From positions 7,687 to 71,686 of the forward strand of contig JAFRVY010000125.1 of NCBI GenBank assembly GCA_017438285.1: a stretch of 64,000 nt of DNA, in the 5' to 3' direction. The stretch comes from Bacillota bacterium. GTDB lineage: Bacteria; Bacillota; Clostridia; Peptostreptococcales; Anaerovoracaceae. Of the stretch, positions 41,761-51,065 are shown piece after piece; positions within the stretch are counted from its first letter, which is position 1; every line of letters starts with the position of its first letter. The notes beneath the pieces are model-generated. The model was given only the letters and a program-made list of their open reading frames with translations, did not search any database and had not been told where the DNA came from. The position numbers and the translations under genes are program-made.

Positions 41761-42702
41761 ATGCTACTCGAAATACTGTTGAAAATCTTAAGCATATTTT
41801 TACTCGTCGCCATGGGGCTTTTTGCAACAAAGGTAAAGCTCCTGCCCTATGATGCTGCGAAGACCTTGAACGGCTTTGTTCTCAACATAGCCGTGCCTTG
41901 CATGATCCTCTGCAGCATGCAGCACGACGAGACGAATTCCGGTCACGCGGACGACATGGCCTGGTCGCTGATAGCCTTTGCGATCGTGACGCTCGTGCTC
42001 GCTGTTTTGGCCATGCTTTTGATACGCCCTGTCAAATCCATCAAGGAAGAAGACAAGGGCATCTATGTGTTCCAGATGGCATTTTCGAACGCCGGATTCA
42101 TGGGGTATCCACTGGTCACCGTTTTGTTCGGAAGATACGCGCTGTTTCTGACCATCATCATGAACATCGTGTTTACCGTTCTGGTGTACTCTCTCGGCGC
42201 ATTCATCCTCGTTCACAAACGAGGCGAGAAGATCTTTACGATGAGCCTGTTTGTCAGGATCCTCACCATTCCGTTCGTCGCATCGATCATTGGATTGATC
42301 ATATTCGTTACAGGGTTCCACTTCCCTGTCTTCATCAACGATACGCTGGAGCTGATGATGGCAACCTTATCACCTGTTGCCATGTTCGTCGTGGGCATGA
42401 ATCTCAGCAAGAGCAAGTTCAGAAACCTGCTCACTCTGCCGAATCTGCTGCTGTGCGTCCTTTCGCTGGTCGTCGTGCCGTTCATCACGCTGGGCATCGA
42501 TCTGCTGCTTCCTGTCAGCAACATGCTCATGGTCACCCACGTATTTCTCATGGCCATGCCATCTGCAGCGCTGACCGCCATTCTGGCTCAGCGCTTTAAC
42601 AAAAACACCCAACTGGCGTCCGAAGGAATCGCGTCCACGACGCTTCTTTCCCTCGGCACTTTATCCCTTTGGGCGTTTTGGCTTACGCAAATATTTCTTT
42701 AA
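41761..42702 (+). CDS. AEC (auxin efflux carrier/MleP) family transporter
   Basis: About 10 TM segments, FSNAGFMGYP, AMPSA. Confidence 0.92.
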   Translation: MLLEILLKILSIFLLVAMGLFATKVKLLPYDAAKTLNGFVLNIAVPCMILCSMQHDETNSGHADDMAWSLIAFAIVTLVLAVLAMLLIRPVKSIKEEDKGIYVFQMAFSNAGFMGYPLVTVLFGRYALFLTIIMNIVFTVLVYSLGAFILVHKRGEKIFTMSLFVRILTIPFVASIIGLIIFVTGFHFPVFINDTLELMMATLSPVAMFVVGMNLSKSKFRNLLTLPNLLLCVLSLVVVPFITLGIDLLLPVSNMLMVTHVFLMAMPSAALTAILAQRFNKNTQLASEGIASTTLLSLGTLSLWAFWLTQIFL

Positions 42703-42718
42703 TTGATGTGCTGGATCA

Positions 42719-43897
42719 TTACTGATCCAGATAGTCTTTTAGCAGATACCCTACGCCTTTCCCGTAGGTCTTTAGCATGCACAGCTGGATCATATTGATG
42801 CCCGGTCTGTTGTTTCCTTCGATCACGATCGGTCCATTCTCTGTGATCGCGATATCCCAGCCGACATATCCCAGACCGGCTGTCTTCAGCGCGTGTTTGG
42901 AACAATCTTCTGCCAAAGAAACGACCTCATTCCAGAACGGAACCTGAAATCCCAAGAAATGAACGCCTGACATCGGATGTTCTTCATAAACATTTCCCTC
43001 TTTATCGACGGCATGGGTGTTGAATTTCCCGGACTTTGTGTCGACAGAAACAGCCAGCCCTCCCTGGGAGAAGTTGTCCGCGATGTTTCCTTTCCCTGCA
43101 CCCATTCGACAGATCGCATAGAGTAAATGAAACTCGTCATTCCAGTAGAGACAGACCAGTCGAATTCCGTTTACAGATTCCGGGCACAATCGCTGCATCT
43201 CATCGTGCTGCACGATACACTCTTCCGCGATTCGTTTTTCTGTATGGACTTCCTCGAAAATCGCTCTCAGATCACCGCTCTTCGAGTACTTACTGATCCC
43301 GATTCCCCGATAAGAATCCAGCAGTTTTACCACGAACTCCTCCGTATCAAAGTCCTGCAGTTTGTCCCGGAACTCTTCGAAGGATGTGCTTTCGTCCATC
43401 TCGAACCACTTTCGATCTATAAATGCGGAAAACAGGCGATTAAAAGCCGCTTTGTCATCCAATAAGGTTTCGTCGGCATTCTCCAGCTGATGTTCCATAC
43501 ACATCCGGTCTGTATAGACCGGCACCAGATAGGTTTTTCTCGTCTCTTCGTCCAACAGATCCCACTCGAACAATTCAAATGTCTTCGCCTGCATCCAAAG
43601 ATCCTTACGAGCAAGAAACATCTCTCGTTCAACTTCAAGGAGATCCCTGTCATGCTCTTCAGCGATCTTTCTTGCAATCCGTCTTCTTCTCGGCGTATCC
43701 GGCGGCAGTTCCGGCCACTCACTTTCCGGGTATTTCCAGAACTGAAACCGGGCGTATGTCTTGTACATGATACCCTGGGCTTTTGCCTTTTTCATCTGGC
43801 GGATGATTTCATCTTCATCCATGCCGCTTTCCTTGATCGCCATCTCGGAATACAGTTTCAGTTTTTCTTCCAACGTCATTTTTTCTTTCGTTGCCAT
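42719..43897 (-). CDS. Sugar-transfer-associated ATP-grasp protein (ATPgrasp_ST-like)
   Basis: DDKAAF, EECIVQH..M..LCP.SVN.IR, DNFSQGG, GWDIAITENGP..IEGN.RPG. Confidence 0.85.
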   Translation of the reverse strand: MATKEKMTLEEKLKLYSEMAIKESGMDEDEIIRQMKKAKAQGIMYKTYARFQFWKYPESEWPELPPDTPRRRRIARKIAEEHDRDLLEVEREMFLARKDLWMQAKTFELFEWDLLDEETRKTYLVPVYTDRMCMEHQLENADETLLDDKAAFNRLFSAFIDRKWFEMDESTSFEEFRDKLQDFDTEEFVVKLLDSYRGIGISKYSKSGDLRAIFEEVHTEKRIAEECIVQHDEMQRLCPESVNGIRLVCLYWNDEFHLLYAICRMGAGKGNIADNFSQGGLAVSVDTKSGKFNTHAVDKEGNVYEEHPMSGVHFLGFQVPFWNEVVSLAEDCSKHALKTAGLGYVGWDIAITENGPIVIEGNNRPGINMIQLCMLKTYGKGVGYLLKDYLDQ

Positions 43898-43923
43898 ATA
43901 CTCTCCTGCGCTCTGTAAGCGAG

Positions 43924-44832
43924 CTAAATCCAGATTTCTCCCTCAGCCAGAACAGCAGCCTTGCCGCCGACCCGGACTTTTGGCTTGCCGTTTTCCAGTG
44001 TGATCTGGAAAGAGATCTTTGATGGGCGCCCCATCTTCTCTCCCTGCACGACGGTGTAGATCTTGTCCGTCTCAATGACGCCGTGGGTGTACAGGCAATA
44101 TGCCAGCGCACCGTTGGACGTACCGGTCGCCGCCTCTTCGTCGATGTCATACAGCGGTGCGAAGTTGCGGGCGTGAATCAAGCCGTCTTCCGCATCCAGT
44201 GTGAAGGCGTGAGCGCCTACGACTTCATATCTCTCCGAAAGCTCGGACAGTGCCGGAAAATCCGGCTTGATTTTCTCAAGTTCTTCAATATTCTTGACCG
44301 GCGTCATGATATCGATCAGCCCCGTTGAAACCATCTCCGGAACGATTCTGGTCTGCCCGTCTCCTGTGCAAAGATCCTGTCCATGGGCTTCCAGCTCAAG
44401 GATGTGGTACAGGTCAACTGCGCCTCCACTCTCCAGAGGTCCGTAGGAAACCGGGTCTCCCATGTCCATTAGAACACTGTCCTCATTTACGATGATATCG
44501 ATTGGCCCTGCCAGGGTTTTGAACGTAACTGTATCTCCCGCGTTAATGATTCCATCATGCAAAAGCGCATAGGAGGATCCTATAGTCGCATGTCCGCAGA
44601 GGTCCACCTCAGCTGCCGACGTGAAATATCTCGTGTGAAAAACCTTCTTCCCGGTTTTCGCATCGTCGTCCAGCCGCTTCAAAAACGCAGTTTCCGAATA
44701 CCTCAGTTCAGCGGCAGTCTTGCGCATGGTCTCGTCATCCGGGAAATCCCGTCCATCAGGAATAAAAACCACACCTGCCGGATTACCTCCAAACACCTGG
44801 TCCGTAAATGCATCTACGATTTGAAATCTCAT
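43924..44832 (-). CDS. PhzF/YddE family isomerase
   Basis: VDAFT..FGGNPAGV, SETAF, EVDLCGHAT, EEAATGTS, QG..MGRPS. Confidence 0.92.
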   Translation of the reverse strand: MRFQIVDAFTDQVFGGNPAGVVFIPDGRDFPDDETMRKTAAELRYSETAFLKRLDDDAKTGKKVFHTRYFTSAAEVDLCGHATIGSSYALLHDGIINAGDTVTFKTLAGPIDIIVNEDSVLMDMGDPVSYGPLESGGAVDLYHILELEAHGQDLCTGDGQTRIVPEMVSTGLIDIMTPVKNIEELEKIKPDFPALSELSERYEVVGAHAFTLDAEDGLIHARNFAPLYDIDEEAATGTSNGALAYCLYTHGVIETDKIYTVVQGEKMGRPSKISFQITLENGKPKVRVGGKAAVLAEGEIWI

Positions 44833-44876
44833 CTCAATATACCTCCGTATAATTTCGTCTTTTCCGTCTATATAGA

Positions 44877-44889
44877 TGATATAATATCA
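44877..44889. promoter_or_regulatory. Symmetric bidirectional extended -10 element
   Basis: TGATATAATATCA reads TGaTATAAT on + and TGaTATTAT on -. Confidence 0.6.
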
Positions 44890-44914
44890 CATAGAAAAAA
44901 GAAAGAAATTTAAC

Positions 44915-45811
44915 ATGGGCAAAACAATTACAGAACAAACCGGAAACAAAAGAATATTGGGTACACTGTGCGTAGTGATCACGTCGGTCTGCTATGGGCT
45001 GGTGCCGTCTTTTTCGTTCCTCTCCTTTGGGATGGGCGTGTCGACGCCGACACTTCTCTTCGACAAGTTTCTCTATGCAGCTATCATTATGTGGGCGTTC
45101 ATCTTCATCCGCAGGATCAGATTCCGGTTCTCCAAAAAAGCCGCGCTGTACATGGCGTTCTCCTGTATCGGATACATCGGTCTATCGACTTGCCTATATA
45201 TTTCATTCGACTATATTTCGGGGTCCCTTGCCACGATCGTCTCCTTCACTTTCCCGGCGATGATCGTCGCCATTGAAATGATTTTCAAACTGGAGCCCGT
45301 CAAACTGACGAAGATCCTGGCCGTGATCCTTTCCTTTGTCGGTCTCGTTCTCATCGTCTGGGACCCGGACATGAAAGCCAATGTTATCGGAATCGCCTTC
45401 GCCTTCGGATCTGCAGTCTGCTACGTTGTCTACATCCTCGGCATCTCGACCAAAACCCTGAAGGCGGAAAGTACCTTCGCCATCGCCGGTTATGTCATGC
45501 TGGGTGCGGCGATTTTCAATTTCTTCCGATGCCTCATCAGCGGTGAACCACTATTCACGAGCACGCCCGGTCAGTTTGGCATGATGATACTGCTTTCCGT
45601 CGTCTGCGTCTTTATCGCCATCCTCTGCTACGCCATCGGCGTGCAGATGATCGGCCCGGGTAACGCGGCTCTGCTCAACACGCTGGAGCCGGTTCTAGCC
45701 TGCATCTTCGGCCACTTTATCATCGGTGATGTGTTGACTAAGATCATGCTCGTTGGTTCTGCCCTCGTCGTTGCGGCAGTCTTCATCACAAACCTGCCCG
45801 ACAAGCGGTAA
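44915..45811 (+). CDS. EamA/DMT family transporter
   Basis: About 10 TM segments in two repeats, FTFP, LNTLEPV. Confidence 0.9.
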   Translation: MGKTITEQTGNKRILGTLCVVITSVCYGLVPSFSFLSFGMGVSTPTLLFDKFLYAAIIMWAFIFIRRIRFRFSKKAALYMAFSCIGYIGLSTCLYISFDYISGSLATIVSFTFPAMIVAIEMIFKLEPVKLTKILAVILSFVGLVLIVWDPDMKANVIGIAFAFGSAVCYVVYILGISTKTLKAESTFAIAGYVMLGAAIFNFFRCLISGEPLFTSTPGQFGMMILLSVVCVFIAILCYAIGVQMIGPGNAALLNTLEPVLACIFGHFIIGDVLTKIMLVGSALVVAAVFITNLPDKR

Positions 45812-45831
45812 TCGCGTTTGATTGAATATTA

Positions 45832-45906
45832 AAAGAGAGCTCGGATAATCTCCAGGCGTTTCCGCAGGCACGAGGACCTAGCCGGGAGATTATCTGAGCT
45901 CCCTTT
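45832..45906. terminator. Long hairpin between convergent genes (bidirectional terminator-like)
   Basis: GAGCTCGGATAATCTCC (45837-45853) / GGAGATTATCTGAGCTC (45885-45901). Confidence 0.7.
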
Positions 45907-45919
45907 ATTATATATTCGA

Positions 45920-48349
45920 TTAAATCGTTCCTGTATTCCAGATACGATCCGCATAATCACGAATGCTTCGATCTGCAGCGAACCGCGCAGCCTTTGCAAT
46001 ATTCTCAATGGACATAGCATTCCATCTTCTGCGGTCTTCGTAAGCCGCCTGAATGTCATCGTGCGCTCTGCAGTAATCTGCGAAATCCAGCAGACACATG
46101 TACGGGTCGGCGATACTGTAGGACGGCATGAGCAGGTAGTCGTTCAGGATGTCGAAGCTCTTGCCTGCGAATCCCGTCACAAGAGCATCAACGGCACGCT
46201 TCAGTAACGGATCGTTTGCGTAGACGTCATAGGCGTTATATCCCTGCTGCAAAGCTTCGCGCACTTCATGCTCGCGCTTGCCGAAGATAAAGATACTGTC
46301 AGGACCGACCGCTTCACGCATCTCCACATTCGCTCCGTCAAGTGTGCCTATGGTGATCGCGCCGTTGATCATCATCTTCATGTTTCCGGTGCCGCTGGCT
46401 TCCTTGCCGGCAAGTGAGATCTGCTCTGAGATCTCCGTTGCAGGCATGAGCGCTTCGGCCATGGAAACGCTGTAGTTTTCCAGGAATACGACCTTGAGCT
46501 TCGATGAGATCTTAGGATCTTTGTCGATTTCCTCCGCCAGTTTACAGATGAGCTGAATGATTTCCTTCGCCAGGTAATAGCTCGGTGCAGCCTTTGCAGC
46601 GAAGAGATATGTCTCCGGTCTCATGTCGAGGTCCGGATTGTCCTGCAGCATCTGATAGCGGCTGATGATTCGCAGGGCGTTCATCAGCTGTCTCTTGTAT
46701 TCATGCAGGCGCTTTGCCTGAACGATAAAGATCGAATTCGGGTCGATAATCTTGCCTGACGCCTTCTTCACTTTTTCGGCGAATCGCACCTTGTTATCAT
46801 ATTTGATCTGTTCCAGCTTCTCGCATACCGCCGCATCATTGCGATAACGGAAGAAGTCCTCGAGTCTTCGGTCGTCCTGTCTGTACTCGGTGCCGATGCA
46901 CTCGTCGATCAGCGCGGCCAGTTTCGGATTCGACTGGCAGAGCCATCTCCTGTAGGCGATGCCGTTGGTGACATTGGTGAATTTGTCCGGCTGCGCCAGG
47001 AAGTAGTCGTGGAACAGATCTTCCTTGAGAATCCTCGAGTGCAGTTCCGATACACCGTTGACTTTATGGGAACCGATGACAGCCAGATTCGCCATGCGCA
47101 CCTGACCGTTTCCGAGAACCGCCACGTAATCCGCTTTGCCCGTATCTCCAGGGAATTTGAAATTCATGTATTCGCGGAATCTGCGGTCGATCTCCGAAAT
47201 GATGGAGAAAACACGCGGTACGAGAGCCTGTATCTGTGATGTCTTCCACTTCTCGAGAGCTTCCGCCAGAATGGTGTGATTCGTGTAGGAAACGGAACCA
47301 ATCACTCTCTCCCACGCGTAGTCCCAACTGCAGTCGTATTCGTCCATGAAGATCCTCATGAGTTCCGGTATGCAAAGGGCCGGGTGGGTGTCATTGATGT
47401 GGATGACGTTTTTTCTGTGGAAATTATCGAGGGTTCCATAAAGCTGCATATGGTCGCGGACGATGTTCTGGCATGATGCCGAGACCATGAAGTACTGCTG
47501 CTTGAGTCTGAGTTCTTTACCCTCTTCAATATTGTCAGGCGGATAGAGGACTTTGGTGATCGCCTCTGCCCTGTTGTTCTGCAGAGCCGCCTTGGTGAAG
47601 TCTCCGCTGTTGAAGCTTCTCATATCGAAGCCCTCCGGGTCGATCGCTCTCCAGAGACGGAGCTTTTCGACAGCATCGTTGCCGGCGCCCGGAATATACA
47701 TATCGTACGGAATGGCCTTGACGACCTGCGGTTCTTCCAGCGTGAATTTGAGACCTCCCTCGTCCCACCATTCGTGATATCTTCCGTAGAAGGAAACGTG
47801 GAACGGATCGTCGTCTTTCTTGTTGAGCCAGACGCCGCCGCCCGGAATCCAGTTGTCCGGCAGTTCCACCTGCCAGCCGTCTTCGATCTTCTGTCTGAAG
47901 AGTCCGTATTCGTATCTCAGTGAAAATCCTGTCGCATCGTAATTTCCCGTTGCCATTGCCGAGAGGAAACATGCAGCCAGTCTTCCCAGACCGCCGTTGC
48001 CCAGTCCCGCATCAGGCTCGCACTCAAAAACATCATCGAGAGTAAACTCCCGATCTTTGATAATCTCTTCGACCAGTTCTGTTTCGCCGAGACAATAGAG
48101 TGCGTTTTTGAGCGACTGCCCAACGAGAAACTCCATACTGATGTAATAAATCTTTTTCTTTCCCGAAGTTTCTTTCTCCGCCTTATTCTTCTTTCTCTTG
48201 AAGTCGTGATAATGCTCCTGAAGCTGCCCGTTGACCACCCTGGCCAGGGCTTTGTAGATCTGCTCCGGCGTTGCCTCCTCGAGGGTCGTGTGCAGATTAT
48301 CTTCGAGGTAATCATTGAAACCGTTTAAAAATCTTGATTTGTCTTCCAT
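45920..48349 (-). CDS. glgP: Glycogen phosphorylase
   Basis: GNGGLGRLAAC, LRLKQQY, INDTHP, KRLHEYKRQ, EASGTGNMK. Confidence 0.97.
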   Translation of the reverse strand: MEDKSRFLNGFNDYLEDNLHTTLEEATPEQIYKALARVVNGQLQEHYHDFKRKKNKAEKETSGKKKIYYISMEFLVGQSLKNALYCLGETELVEEIIKDREFTLDDVFECEPDAGLGNGGLGRLAACFLSAMATGNYDATGFSLRYEYGLFRQKIEDGWQVELPDNWIPGGGVWLNKKDDDPFHVSFYGRYHEWWDEGGLKFTLEEPQVVKAIPYDMYIPGAGNDAVEKLRLWRAIDPEGFDMRSFNSGDFTKAALQNNRAEAITKVLYPPDNIEEGKELRLKQQYFMVSASCQNIVRDHMQLYGTLDNFHRKNVIHINDTHPALCIPELMRIFMDEYDCSWDYAWERVIGSVSYTNHTILAEALEKWKTSQIQALVPRVFSIISEIDRRFREYMNFKFPGDTGKADYVAVLGNGQVRMANLAVIGSHKVNGVSELHSRILKEDLFHDYFLAQPDKFTNVTNGIAYRRWLCQSNPKLAALIDECIGTEYRQDDRRLEDFFRYRNDAAVCEKLEQIKYDNKVRFAEKVKKASGKIIDPNSIFIVQAKRLHEYKRQLMNALRIISRYQMLQDNPDLDMRPETYLFAAKAAPSYYLAKEIIQLICKLAEEIDKDPKISSKLKVVFLENYSVSMAEALMPATEISEQISLAGKEASGTGNMKMMINGAITIGTLDGANVEMREAVGPDSIFIFGKREHEVREALQQGYNAYDVYANDPLLKRAVDALVTGFAGKSFDILNDYLLMPSYSIADPYMCLLDFADYCRAHDDIQAAYEDRRRWNAMSIENIAKAARFAADRSIRDYADRIWNTGTI

Positions 48350-48371
48350 ATATTATTACTTTCCTGTCGTA

Positions 48372-49811
48372 TTATTTCACCATTTCGGTGTATAGTCTGT
48401 GGTATTCTTCGGCCGATCTCGCCCAGCTGAAATCCTCATCGAGGATATGTCTTACCAGGGTGCGCCACTTGCCCCGGCTTTTGTAGAGCTCAATCGCTCT
48501 CATGAGAGCAGCTTCCAGTTCGTATCTGTTGAAGTCATAGAAGGTGAAGCCGTTGCCATTTTTGCCATCCCATTCGCTGATGGAATCGGCAAGTCCGCCT
48601 GTGAGACGCACGAGCGGCACGTTTCCGTAGCGGCAGCTGATCATCTGCGCCAGTCCGCAGGCCTCGCTTCTCGACGGCATGAGGAAAATGTCTCCCGCCG
48701 CGTAGATCCTGTGGGCCGTGGCCGTATTGAATTCGATCAGTGACCTGACTTTATCCGGGTGCGTGTACTGAAGGTATCTGAAATAGTCTTCGTATTCCCT
48801 GTCACCCGTTCCAAGCAGGACGAACTGCACGTTGTTATTGTAGAGGAAATCCCCGTCCATCAGTTCCCTGACGATGTCGATTCCCTTCGGCGCAACGAGT
48901 CGCGTGATCATGGTGATCATCGGTGCGTCACTTTCGGCAAGTCCGAGGTCCTTTTGCAGAGCGCGCTTGCAAAGCTTCTTGCCCTGAATCTTCTCTGAGG
49001 AATATGGAGCCTCTATGGATGGGTCGTTGGACGGATCGTAGGATACGGTGTTGATCCCATTCAGAATACCCGACATCTTATACCCGTTTTCTCTGATAAC
49101 CCTGTCCAGACCAAAAGCGCTGATCGGATAAGTGAGTTCCCTGGCATAGGTCGGACTGACCGTCGTGACTCTGTCGGCACACTGGATAGCGCCCTTCATC
49201 AGATTCACGTCCTCTTCCAGTTCGAGAATGTGCTCGTCCTGAGCAGAAAGGCCGATGCAGTCCCGCAGCATATCCATGCCGTAGCGTCCCTGATACTCAA
49301 CGTTGTGAATCGTGAAGACCGACTTGATGCCTTTGTCCCAGTACAAAGTCTTGCTGAGGACAGGTGCGAGGGCCGTCTGCCAGTCGTTGGCGTGAATGAT
49401 ATCAGGCTCAAACCCGGTGATCTTCGAACTTTCGATGACCGCGCGGCTGAAATAGCTGAATCTCTCGCAGTCGTCCCCGAAGCCGTATAGAGAATCCCTC
49501 TTGAAGTAATACTCATTGTCGACGAAATAGTAGACAACGCCGTCTTTTTTGAGCTGGAAAATGCCCATATACTGATGACGCCATACGACCGGTATGTCGA
49601 TGTGTCCGAGAAACTGCATCTTGTTTCGATACTCTTCCCTGACGGAGCCGTACAAAGGCATGATTACCCTGCACTCGACTTCAGATCCGGCGAGTTTGTT
49701 CACCGCGCGCGGAAGAGATCCCGCGACTTCGCCCAGACCTCCGGTTCCGCCAAAAGGCATTACTTCCGGAGAAGCAAAGAGAACCTTTATTTTTTCTTTT
49801 TTCTCAGCCAT
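48372..49811 (-). CDS. glgA: Glycogen synthase (GT5)
   Basis: PFGGTGGLGEV, HANDWQT, TIHN..YQG, MPSRSEACGL, TGGLAD; start moved to ATG 49811. Confidence 0.94.
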   Translation of the reverse strand: MAEKKEKIKVLFASPEVMPFGGTGGLGEVAGSLPRAVNKLAGSEVECRVIMPLYGSVREEYRNKMQFLGHIDIPVVWRHQYMGIFQLKKDGVVYYFVDNEYYFKRDSLYGFGDDCERFSYFSRAVIESSKITGFEPDIIHANDWQTALAPVLSKTLYWDKGIKSVFTIHNVEYQGRYGMDMLRDCIGLSAQDEHILELEEDVNLMKGAIQCADRVTTVSPTYARELTYPISAFGLDRVIRENGYKMSGILNGINTVSYDPSNDPSIEAPYSSEKIQGKKLCKRALQKDLGLAESDAPMITMITRLVAPKGIDIVRELMDGDFLYNNNVQFVLLGTGDREYEDYFRYLQYTHPDKVRSLIEFNTATAHRIYAAGDIFLMPSRSEACGLAQMISCRYGNVPLVRLTGGLADSISEWDGKNGNGFTFYDFNRYELEAALMRAIELYKSRGKWRTLVRHILDEDFSWARSAEEYHRLYTEMVK

Positions 49812-49852
49812 GACTCTCCACCTTTGTTCCCTGCTGCTGCGTTTCTTCGTGT

Positions 49853-50872
49853 TTACAGTAACGTCCCCATGTATTTCATCGTTCGGATCATCTGATTTAC
49901 ATAGCTCATCTCGTTGTCGTACCAGGCGACGATACGGACTTCGTAGATGTGGGTTCCGCACTGCTCTGCCAGTGTCTGGGTAGCGTCAAAGAGTGATCCG
50001 TATGAGATCCCGATGATGTCACTGGAAACCAGCTCCTCTTCCGTGTATCCGAAGGATTCGGATGCGGCAGCCTTCATCGCTGCGTTGATGCCTTCGACTG
50101 TGACGGTATCCGTTTCATCCTTCAGTGTTGCGTCCAGAATCGTGATCGAGCCTGATGGAACAGGTACGCGCTGGGCGGAACCGATGAGTTTGCCGTCCAG
50201 TTCAGGGATGACAAGACCGATTGCCTTGGCAGCGCCTGTTGAGTTCGGAACGATGTTGATGGCGCCGGCTCTGGCACGTCTGAGATCGCCTTTTCTGTGC
50301 GGTCCGTCCAGAAGCATCTGGTCGCCGGTATATGCGTGAATCGTCGTCATGAAGCCGGTTCTGACCTCTCTGTATCCTGCCAGGACTTTGGCCATCGGAG
50401 CCAGACAGTTAGTCGTGCAGGATGCGCCGGAAACGACGTTGTCTTCTTTCGTCAGAGTCTCATGATTGACGCCGTAAACGATCGTCGGAAGATCATCACC
50501 CGCAGGTGCCGAAATCAGGACCTTCTTCGCGCCGGCATCGATGTGGGCCTGTGACTTTTCCTTGGAAGTGTAGAACCCTGTGCACTCAAGTACGATGTCT
50601 ACATCCAGATCCTTCCACGGAAGGTTCACAGCTTCCGCTTCCTTGTAGATCGGAATTCTCGCTCCGTCGATGCTGATGGAATCCTCGTCATTGGAAACCA
50701 GATGCGCATCGGCATATCTTCCCTGCACGCTGTCATACTTGAGCAGGTGCGCCAGCATTGCCGGACTGGTCAGATCGTTGATCGCTACGACTTCACATTC
50801 CGGATCATCAAATATCTTTCTGAAGGCCAGACGACCGATTCGTCCAAAACCGTTGATTGCAATTCTTACCAT
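49853..50872 (-). CDS. gap: Type I GAPDH, canonical NAD-type (second copy)
   Basis: [38 protein letters not shown]. Confidence 0.95.
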   Translation of the reverse strand: MVRIAINGFGRIGRLAFRKIFDDPECEVVAINDLTSPAMLAHLLKYDSVQGRYADAHLVSNDEDSISIDGARIPIYKEAEAVNLPWKDLDVDIVLECTGFYTSKEKSQAHIDAGAKKVLISAPAGDDLPTIVYGVNHETLTKEDNVVSGASCTTNCLAPMAKVLAGYREVRTGFMTTIHAYTGDQMLLDGPHRKGDLRRARAGAINIVPNSTGAAKAIGLVIPELDGKLIGSAQRVPVPSGSITILDATLKDETDTVTVEGINAAMKAAASESFGYTEEELVSSDIIGISYGSLFDATQTLAEQCGTHIYEVRIVAWYDNEMSYVNQMIRTMKYMGTLL

Positions 50873-51018
50873 TAATGTTTCCTCCTAATATTGATTATTA
50901 GTATTATTATAACATTGCTTATCACTTTTCCCTACAGAAGTATTCAAATTATTGAAGTCTTTTATTGATTTTTTACGCGATACACCGCCATCTCCAACTT
51001 GCTCTTTGCTTACAGCAG

Positions 51019-51047
51019 TTGAGGACTTCGGGAATAAAGTGTATAAT
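51019..51047 (+). promoter_or_regulatory. Sigma-A promoter of glgBCD; the divergent gap2 promoter TGTTATAAT lies at 50906-50914 on the minus strand
   Basis: TTGAGG-17 nt-TATAAT. Confidence 0.6.
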
Positions 51048-51065
51048 TCTAATAGGTATACCCAT

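Noticed and set aside
43924-44832. Phenazine biosynthesis
   Set aside because: No other phz genes; standalone PhzF-like proteins are widespread.
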